Shown here: piece after piece, positions 42,301 through 47,825 of the stretch
Layout of the letters: each line of letters opens with the position of its first letter
Numbering within the stretch: position 1 is the stretch's first letter
DNA from: Candidatus Limnocylindrales bacterium
GTDB taxonomy: Bacteria > Chloroflexota > Limnocylindria > Limnocylindrales > CSP1-4
Length of the DNA stretch: 47,825 bases
Direction of reading: 5' to 3'
Assembly (NCBI GenBank): GCA_038252055.1
Contig: JBBSAS010000001.1
Coordinates: 1 to 47,825, forward strand
The notes under the pieces: generated by a model
Databases searched by the model: none
The model's input: only the letters and a program-made list of their open reading frames with translations
Told to the model about the DNA's origin: nothing
Translations under genes and position numbers: made by a program

Positions 42301-43067
42301 GCGCGGGACCCCGCAGCCGCGGCGGCGGGTCCGGCGCCGGCAGCCCGACGCCCAGCCCCGATCCCTGTCCGCCCGGCCGGTTCCGGTACTGGCTGACCGC
42401 GGTGGGACTGTGGTTTCTGGTCCGGGTCTGGGTCCGCCTTCGAGTCGTGGGCCTCGAGCACGTTCCGTCCGGGCCTGCCGTGGTCTGCTTCACCCACCAG
42501 AGCTGGGCCGATCCGTTCGTCGTCGTGGCCGCGCTGCCGGCGCGCCCCGACCTCGTCTTCCTCGGCCCCCGCGAGGCCGACATGCGCGTCGGGACGCGGA
42601 ACCGGCTCGTCCGCTGGTCCGGGCGCGACGTCCCCTTCCGGCCCGACGGTCGCGCCCTACGGACCGTCACCCGCCGGGTCGACGAGATCCTTCGCCGCGG
42701 AGACCGCCTCGTCATCGCCCCGGAGGGCCGCATCCACGCGGGGGAGCGCGTCGTCCTGCCCCTCGACCCGGGCGCCGCCTACTTCGCGCTTCGAGCGGGC
42801 GTCCCCGTGGTCCCGGTCGGGATCACGGGCATGAGCTGGATCCGATTCGGTGGGACGGTCCGGGTGCGGGTCGGCCACGCGATCGAGACCGCCGGGCGGC
42901 CGACCGGGGCCGGTGTTCTCGCGCTGACAGAAGAGATCCGGGAGGCGCTCCTCGGCCTCGTGGCGGACGGTCGTGACCGGGAGCCTCCCGGTCGCTTCGG
43001 CAGTTGGCTCACCGAGATCTTCCAGGACTGGCCGGAGGGGCGCCGGCCCCCGACTCGGGTGAGCTAA
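42297..43067 (+). CDS. lysophospholipid (1-acyl-sn-glycerol-3-phosphate) acyltransferase family protein
   Basis: GTG 42297 overlaps the HAD stop (GTGA). HX4D motif FTHQSWADP and the IAPEGRI block. Confidence 0.75.
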   Translation: MSAGPRSRGGGSGAGSPTPSPDPCPPGRFRYWLTAVGLWFLVRVWVRLRVVGLEHVPSGPAVVCFTHQSWADPFVVVAALPARPDLVFLGPREADMRVGTRNRLVRWSGRDVPFRPDGRALRTVTRRVDEILRRGDRLVIAPEGRIHAGERVVLPLDPGAAYFALRAGVPVVPVGITGMSWIRFGGTVRVRVGHAIETAGRPTGAGVLALTEEIREALLGLVADGRDREPPGRFGSWLTEIFQDWPEGRRPPTRVS

Positions 43068-43087
43068 TCGAACATCTGTTCTATCCT
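43068..43087 (+). promoter_or_regulatory. LexA (SOS) box candidate TCGAACATCTGTTCTA overlapping a TATCCT -10-like hexamer
   Basis: Matches the Gram-positive/actinobacterial consensus TCGAAC-N4-GTTCGA in 11 of 12 specified positions. Begins 1 nt after the acyltransferase stop, 135 nt upstream of ATG 43218. Confidence 0.45.
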
Positions 43088-43217
43088 GCGACGGTGGTTC
43101 GTCCTCGGCAGTGGCGCACCCCGGGGATCGGGGTCCCGGCGGACCGGGCCCCGGACCGGGCCGGTCTGCGATACTCACCCAGAGCACCCAGGGTGAAGCA
43201 GGAGGCACGCCACGGGC

Positions 43218-43583
43218 ATGGGATCGACAGGGCTCGCCACCACGACCGATGAATACCGGCGTCGCTTGCTCGACCAGCCCGACGAGCAGCTCGATGCATG
43301 GGCCGCCGAGGCGATGCGGGACATCTCGATCCGGCGCGGCGTTCTGGCCGTCCTCCACGATCTCCGGAATGCCTCCGGTCTCGGCGACCGCGACCTCGAG
43401 CGGGTCTTCGCCGCGGGAGGGGGACCGCCGGCCGTGGTGGGGCGCGACGCCGAGGACCGGATGCTCATCCCGGCCACGACGCTCCATTGCCTCGTCCCCG
43501 GCCTGCGGGCGACCGCCCCATTGGCCCGCACCGTGATCGTCGACTACCTCGTGGAGAACTTCGAGGAGCTCGTCTACGTCTGA
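43218..43583 (+). CDS. hypothetical protein (121 aa)
   Basis: ORF track. Good third-position GC, no family recognised. GATACT -10-like hexamer at 43170-43175. Confidence 0.5.
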   Translation: MGSTGLATTTDEYRRRLLDQPDEQLDAWAAEAMRDISIRRGVLAVLHDLRNASGLGDRDLERVFAAGGGPPAVVGRDAEDRMLIPATTLHCLVPGLRATAPLARTVIVDYLVENFEELVYV

Positions 43584-43758
43584 CGGGGGGACCGGCGCGC
43601 CGGGCGGCAGCTCCCGCCCGGCAACGAGGATCAACCGTCTCCTTGCCCTGGCGCGTGTCTGGCACCCGTTCCCCTCGCTGCTCGACGCCGCGCTCGCCGC
43701 CGGGGTCGCCGCGCTTGCGGGCGCCGGCGCTGGACGCATCCTCCTGCTGGGCGCCTCG

Positions 43759-44457
43759 ATGCTCCTGCTCCAGGGATCGATCGGCGCCCTGAACGACTGG
43801 GCCGATGCGCAGGCCGATGCCGTCTCCCGGCCGGCGAAGCCGATCCCCACGGGCCTCGTGCCTCGTCAAACGGCTGGCGCGATCGCGGCCGTCGCGGCGG
43901 TCCTGGGCCTGTCGCTTGCGGCCTTCGCAGGCCCTGCCGCGCTCGCGATCGCCGCGATCGGGCTGGGCGCCGGCGTCGCGTACGACCTGCGACTGAAGCG
44001 GACGCCCTGGTCGTGGGCACCGTACGCGATCGGGATCCCGCTCCTTCCGGTGTTCGGCTGGGTCGGGGCGACGGGATCCCTGCCTGCTGCCCTCGGGGCA
44101 CTCATTCCGGCAGCTGCCGTAGCGGGAGCTGCCCTCGCCATCGCGAACGCGCTCGCCGACCTGGAACAGGATCGAGAGGCTGGAGTCGAGACCGTGGCGA
44201 CCAGCCTGGGACTCTACCGAGCGCGTCGCGCAGGGGCGCTGCTCCAGGGGATCGTCGCGATCATCGCCTTCGCCGCGATGCTGGCGCTCGGGAGTCGCGC
44301 CGGGATCGTCGCCGTCGCGGCAGGCATCATCGTCGTGGGATGCGGTGTGGCCCTCGGGTGGGGGAGTCCCGGCTGGTCGCGCCAGCGCGCGTGGGAACTC
44401 CAGGGCTCCGGGCTCGCGATCATGGCGCTCGGCTGGATGGGCGCCCTCGCCGACTGA
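43759..44457 (+). CDS. UbiA-family prenyltransferase (5' end unresolved; the frame is open back to 43537)
   Basis: NDWADAQAD Asp-rich motif only 13 aa after the first ATG. The upstream in-frame sequence (RINRLLALARVWHPFPSLLDAALAAGVAALAGAG...) looks like the missing first TM helices but contains no ATG/GTG/TTG. Confidence 0.65.
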   Translation: MLLLQGSIGALNDWADAQADAVSRPAKPIPTGLVPRQTAGAIAAVAAVLGLSLAAFAGPAALAIAAIGLGAGVAYDLRLKRTPWSWAPYAIGIPLLPVFGWVGATGSLPAALGALIPAAAVAGAALAIANALADLEQDREAGVETVATSLGLYRARRAGALLQGIVAIIAFAAMLALGSRAGIVAVAAGIIVVGCGVALGWGSPGWSRQRAWELQGSGLAIMALGWMGALAD

Positions 44458-44472
44458 GCGGGCGGGCGCTGG

Positions 44473-45453
44473 TCAGTCGCCGCGACCGCGGACGACGGTG
44501 ATCGCGTTTTCGAGGGTCAGTTTGGAGATCGTCAGGTACTTCGCGAGGTTGTGCCGGTCCGTGCTCGATGCGACCTCGTCGAACTCGCGGCTGCGGAGGA
44601 CGGCAATCAGCTCGGCAAGCGCCTCCTGGAACTGGGCCTTGGCGCTCAGGAGCGCGTCATCCCCGGAGGGAGTCACCGCGGGCTGCGGCAGCTCCTCCGC
44701 CGTTTCTGCGGCCGGCCATGCTGCAACCTGCCCGCCGTCGGCGTCGACGTCGCGGCGCGGCCGGCCCTCGATTCGCTCCCGGAGCTTGACGAGCGAGAGC
44801 TGCCCGCTCGCGACCTGGGCCGCCAGCCGCTTGCGCTTCTTCGGGTCCTGGACCTTCATGAGCTCGTAGGCGTGCGAGAGGGTGTCTTTGCGCACGGACA
44901 CGAGGGCCCGGACCTCCTCCGGAGCGTCGGCCAGTCGGAGACGGTTCTCGAGGTAGCCCTTGTCCTTGCCGAGCTTCTGGGCGAGCTTCCGGATGCTGTA
45001 GCCATGGTCCCGGACCATCTTCTCGTAGATCGAGGCTTCTTCGAGCGGAGAGAGGTCTTCGCGCTGGAGGTTCTCGATGACCGCGATCTCGAGCGCCGCC
45101 TCGTCGTCGAGATCTTCGACGAGGGCCGGGATCGTGTCGAGACCGGCGAGCTTTGTCGCTCGCCAGCGACGCTCGCCGGCGACGAGCTGGTACTGGTCGC
45201 GCACCCGCGGACGGACGAGGACCGGCTGCAGGACGCCGTGCTCCTTGATCGACGCGGCGAGCTCGGCGAGTGCCTCTTCCTCGAAGAGCAGCCGGGGATT
45301 CTCCGGGTTCGGCTCGATGTGATCGACCGGGATGTGGCGGATCCCGAATGTCTTGGCGCCCTCGGCGGACAGGAGGCTGACGATGGATGGCGAGAGCTCG
45401 CGCTCCTCGGAGAGTCGCTGCGCAGCGTACGCGCGGAAGTCAGGCCTGGCCAA
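44473..45453 (-). CDS. parB: chromosome partitioning protein ParB/Spo0J
   Basis: IEPNPENPR, LQPVLVRP, LVAGERRWRA, AVIENLQREDLSPLEEA boxes. A TTG start at 45453 overlapping the parA stop is preferred over the longer ORF start at 45549. Confidence 0.8.
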   Translation of the reverse strand: MARPDFRAYAAQRLSEERELSPSIVSLLSAEGAKTFGIRHIPVDHIEPNPENPRLLFEEEALAELAASIKEHGVLQPVLVRPRVRDQYQLVAGERRWRATKLAGLDTIPALVEDLDDEAALEIAVIENLQREDLSPLEEASIYEKMVRDHGYSIRKLAQKLGKDKGYLENRLRLADAPEEVRALVSVRKDTLSHAYELMKVQDPKKRKRLAAQVASGQLSLVKLRERIEGRPRRDVDADGGQVAAWPAAETAEELPQPAVTPSGDDALLSAKAQFQEALAELIAVLRSREFDEVASSTDRHNLAKYLTISKLTLENAITVVRGRGD

Positions 45454-46216
45454 GTTCGATGACCTCCTTCGCGAGCTCGCGGAATGCGCGGGCTGCCTCG
45501 GTGTGCCCGGCATAGGCGGTGATCGGCCGGCCGGTGAGGGGCGCTTCACCCAACTTCACGGTCGTGCGGATGATGCTTCGGAAGACATGATTGTCGCCCA
45601 GCTCGCGCAGCTCCTCGAGCATCTCGCGCGCGAGAATCGTCCGGCCATCGTAGAACGTCGGGAGGAGCCCGAGGACGCGCAGGTCGCGGTTCAACTTCAC
45701 GCGGATCGTCGTGATGACCTTGACGAGGGCCGTGAGTCCCTTCAGCGCGTAATACTGCGTCTGGACGGGAATGATGACCCCGTTTGCGGCCACGAGGCTG
45801 TTGATCGTCAGGAGCCCGAGCGTCGGGGGACTGTCGATAAGGATGTAGTCGTAGGCGTCGCGAACACCGTCGGCATCGATCGCCTCGCGGAGCGTGTACT
45901 CGCGACCGATCGCGCTGAAGAGCTCGACCTCTGTGGACGCGAGCTCCAGCGTGGCGGGAGCGACGTCGATGCGCTCGGTGGAGGACGGAAGAATGATCGA
46001 CGCGAGCTGCGTTCCCGAGTCGCCGAGGACCTGGGCGATCGACTCCTCGACTTTCCCGAGGTTGATCCCGAGCCCGACCGTGAGGTTCGCCTGCGGGTCC
46101 ATGTCCACGGCGAGGACGCGGTTGCCCAGCTCGGCGAGCGCGCCAGCCAGGTTGATCGCGGTCGTCGTCTTGCCGACGCCGCCCTTCTGGTTCGCAATCG
46201 CGATGACCGTTGCCAC
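45440..46216 (-). CDS. parA: chromosome partitioning ATPase ParA/Soj
   Basis: Deviant Walker A NQKGGVGKTT. GTG 46216 with GAGGTGA RBS gives about 258 aa. An alternative ATG lies at 46291. Confidence 0.85.
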   Translation of the reverse strand: MATVIAIANQKGGVGKTTTAINLAGALAELGNRVLAVDMDPQANLTVGLGINLGKVEESIAQVLGDSGTQLASIILPSSTERIDVAPATLELASTEVELFSAIGREYTLREAIDADGVRDAYDYILIDSPPTLGLLTINSLVAANGVIIPVQTQYYALKGLTALVKVITTIRVKLNRDLRVLGLLPTFYDGRTILAREMLEELRELGDNHVFRSIIRTTVKLGEAPLTGRPITAYAGHTEAARAFRELAKEVIELGQA

Positions 46217-46306
46217 CCGGGAGTCACCTCGCTGGTCATTGTCTCGACTGGCCGCGTCTGCGCGGCGGCCTGATCCTACCCCACCCGTCATCGCTGCGAG
46301 CGACGC

Positions 46307-46348
46307 TTGTCCACAGGAAACGGAGGTTGTTCACCATTCTGTGGATAA
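46307..46348. promoter_or_regulatory. pair of DnaA boxes in inverted orientation (TTGTCCACA at 46307-46315; TGTGGATAA = TTATCCACA at 46340-46348)
   Basis: Both are perfect 9-mers of the two textbook consensus variants. They lie 90-130 nt upstream of parA in the divergent intergenic region. Confidence 0.5.
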
Positions 46349-46749
46349 CCGCGGCGTGGCTGGACGGCCCCGACAAAATCGGGTTGGCATCCATCATCGC
46401 GGGAGGGGGGGCATCGAACCAGCTCCTGCTCTGGATTACGTTGGCGGTCCTTGGCGCGGCCACCGTCCTGATCGCCTCTTTCGGACTGCTCCCGGCGATC
46501 CTCTTCGCGGCGCTGCTTCTTGTCCTTTTCGTCCGCGGTGATCATCCCGTGGGCCTCATTGGTCTCCTGACAGGCTTCGGCGCTCTCTGGACGTTCCTCA
46601 TCGTTCGCCAGCTCTCGTCGGAGGGGGTCGCCGATAACGTTCAGTTCTGGTTGGCAGTCGGCGTCGTGCCGCTCGTCATCGGCTGCGGCATCCTGGCCCT
46701 TGACGCGGTTCGCGGGCGACGACGTCCGAAGCCGACGGCGCGCACCTGA
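46327..46749 (+). CDS. polytopic small membrane protein (start uncertain)
   Basis: ORF 46210..46749. The hydrophobic part starts near TTG 46327 (LFTILWITAAW...). About four TM segments and an RGRRRPKPTART tail. Confidence 0.45.
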   Translation: MFTILWITAAWLDGPDKIGLASIIAGGGASNQLLLWITLAVLGAATVLIASFGLLPAILFAALLLVLFVRGDHPVGLIGLLTGFGALWTFLIVRQLSSEGVADNVQFWLAVGVVPLVIGCGILALDAVRGRRRPKPTART

Positions 46750-46980
46750 CACGGAGGAGCTGACGAAACGGTTCCGCGCGGGCCTGCCGCGCCTGCCCGT
46801 GCCGATCGAGCGGCGTGGCTCGTAGTACTGATCTCGGCCGTCGCACGCCCACGACTGGTGGCCTGTCCTTGCGCAAAGACACGCCGGCGGAGCGACCGGG
46901 TCAGCGCCGCCGGCGGAGGCGGGATAGGATCGTCCGAGCGGTACCTCGCCGCCGACCGCAACGACCGTCCGGGAGTCCGA

Positions 46981-47825
46981 ATGACAGACGACAGGCAGCC
47001 ATCCGAGGGTCCGGCGACCGATCCCGGTCGCGAGCGCTGGCGGGCCAGCACGCGGGCGAGATCGGTCGCGTCGAGTGCCGAGCGCAGGCCCAGCTTCAGG
47101 ACCTCGTCGGACATCGAGATCGCGGACCTCTACGTCCCCGCGGATGTCGCCGGCCTCGACGAGAACCGGGACCTTGGGCGGCCGGGGGAGTTCCCCTTCA
47201 CCCGCGGCGTGCAGCCGACGATGTACCGGGGCCGGCTCTGGACGATGCGGCAGTACGCGGGCTTCGCAACCGCAGCCGAGACGAACGAGCGATTCCGCTA
47301 TCTCCTCGAGCAGGGCCAGACGGGACTGTCGGTGGCCTTCGACCTGCCGACCCAGATGGGCTACGACAGCGATGCACCTGAGGCCGAGGGCGAGGTGGGG
47401 CGGGTGGGCGTGCCGGTCTGCTCGCTCGCCGACATGGAGACCCTCTTCGACCAGATCCCCCTGGGCAGCGTGAGCACGTCGATGACGATCAACGCGACCG
47501 CGGCGATCCTCCTCGCCCTCTACGTCGCTGCGGCCGAGAGGCAGGGGGTGGCGCGTGAGCGCATCTCGGGAACCACCCAGAACGACATCCTCAAGGAGTA
47601 CGTCGCGCGGGGGACCTACATCTACCCGCCGCGACCGTCGATGCGCCTCGTGACCGACATCTTCGAGTTCTGCGCACGCGAGCTCCCGCGCTGGAACACG
47701 ATCAGCATCAGCGGCTACCACATGCGCGAGGCGGGAGCGACGGCGGCCCAGGAGCTGGCCTTCACGATGGCCGACGCGATCGCGTACGTGGAGGCGGCCG
47801 TCGCCCGCGGGCTCGACGTCGATGC
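46981..47825 (+). CDS. methylmalonyl-CoA mutase, N-terminal catalytic domain (3' end beyond right edge)
   Basis: Absent from the ORF track (no stop in the window). ATG 46981 after [66 protein letters not shown]... is unmistakably MCM-like. Confidence 0.85.
   Translation, partial: MTDDRQPSEGPATDPGRERWRASTRARSVASSAERRPSFRTSSDIEIADLYVPADVAGLDENRDLGRPGEFPFTRGVQPTMYRGRLWTMRQYAGFATAAETNERFRYLLEQGQTGLSVAFDLPTQMGYDSDAPEAEGEVGRVGVPVCSLADMETLFDQIPLGSVSTSMTINATAAILLALYVAAAERQGVARERISGTTQNDILKEYVARGTYIYPPRPSMRLVTDIFEFCARELPRWNTISISGYHMREAGATAAQELAFTMADAIAYVEAAVARGLDVD

Noticed and set aside
44473-46300. Looked for parS (TGTTTCACGTGAAACA-like) in and around parAB.
   Set aside because: No CACGTG-centred match with the flanking GTTTC/GAAAC arms was seen in this window.
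46750-46980. Possible cobalamin riboswitch in the 230-nt leader of the methylmalonyl-CoA mutase gene.
   Set aside because: I could not find the conserved B12-box or the GCCACTG-type core. The GC-rich hairpins alone are not diagnostic. A covariance-model scan would be decisive.
1-47825. CRISPR arrays, rRNA genes, additional tRNAs, large tandem or inverted repeats.
   Set aside because: None seen on reading both strands. The only exact repeats noted are the 24-bp tandem, the 46-bp pair, the 18-bp box family and short operator-like repeats.

Overview
High-GC (roughly 70% by eye) chromosomal segment with actinobacterial-style gene content. Most long ORFs in the track are Arg/Pro/Gly-rich shadow frames. 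My calls rest on recognisable motifs, RBS/start context and third-position GC. No database or tool was used.

Layout, left to right:
- 1-3.2 kb: a fused membrane/spermidine-synthase-like gene (runs off the left edge) and an SseA-type sulfurtransferase.
- 3260-3334: tRNA-Asn(GTT), followed at once by conflict genes. These are a short AbiEi-like gene, an AbiEi/AbiEii pair, and an 832-aa primase-polymerase (AEP)-SF2 helicase fusion.
- 8-16 kb: an accessory-looking stretch. It holds small stress or membrane genes (DUF5661-like, YggT-like, GlsB/YeaQ-like, several 24-66 aa hydrophobic mini-ORFs), a bacterial topoisomerase IB, a YpfJ-type Zn peptidase and a 3'-truncated copy of an atypical response regulator.
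- 16.4-26.5 kb: a minus-strand glycan operon. It runs ABC binding protein, two permeases, a secreted DUF3131/glucoamylase-like hydrolase, a GH39-like enzyme and a 1147-aa GH94-like phosphorylase.
- 26.9-32.2 kb: an orphan atypical OmpR-family regulator, OsmC, a membrane-anchor plus two PRC-barrel genes, and an SQR-like flavoprotein.
- 32.2-39.4 kb: an envelope module. It holds HK, RR, a His-less HtrA-like pseudoprotease, ApbE, an FMN-binding protein, a NOX-like ferric reductase and a DUF5666 repeat protein.
- 39.4-47.8 kb: housekeeping genes (hydrolase, LemA fragment, PspC, HAD, PlsC-like, UbiA-like, parB, parA, a membrane protein, and the 5' part of methylmalonyl-CoA mutase).

Main hunt results:
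1. An oriented 18-bp palindromic box (ATGACGGACCGTCATGAC) occurs 8 times, only in intergenic DNA between 8.8 and 28.0 kb. In 7 of 8 copies a -10-like hexamer follows at exactly fixed spacing. This looks like a local regulon signature.
2. A 46-bp perfect direct repeat forms the 5' end of two diverged zinc-ribbon mini-genes. Its end matches the last 13 nt of the tRNA-Asn region.
3. The AbiE plus AEP-helicase cassette is a candidate composite defence locus.
4. TTCAGGA-N4-TTCAGGA direct repeats lie in front of three operons of the envelope two-component module.
5. Candidate LexA, DnaA and SigR/H-type sites.

I found no CRISPR array, rRNA, transposase or integrase.
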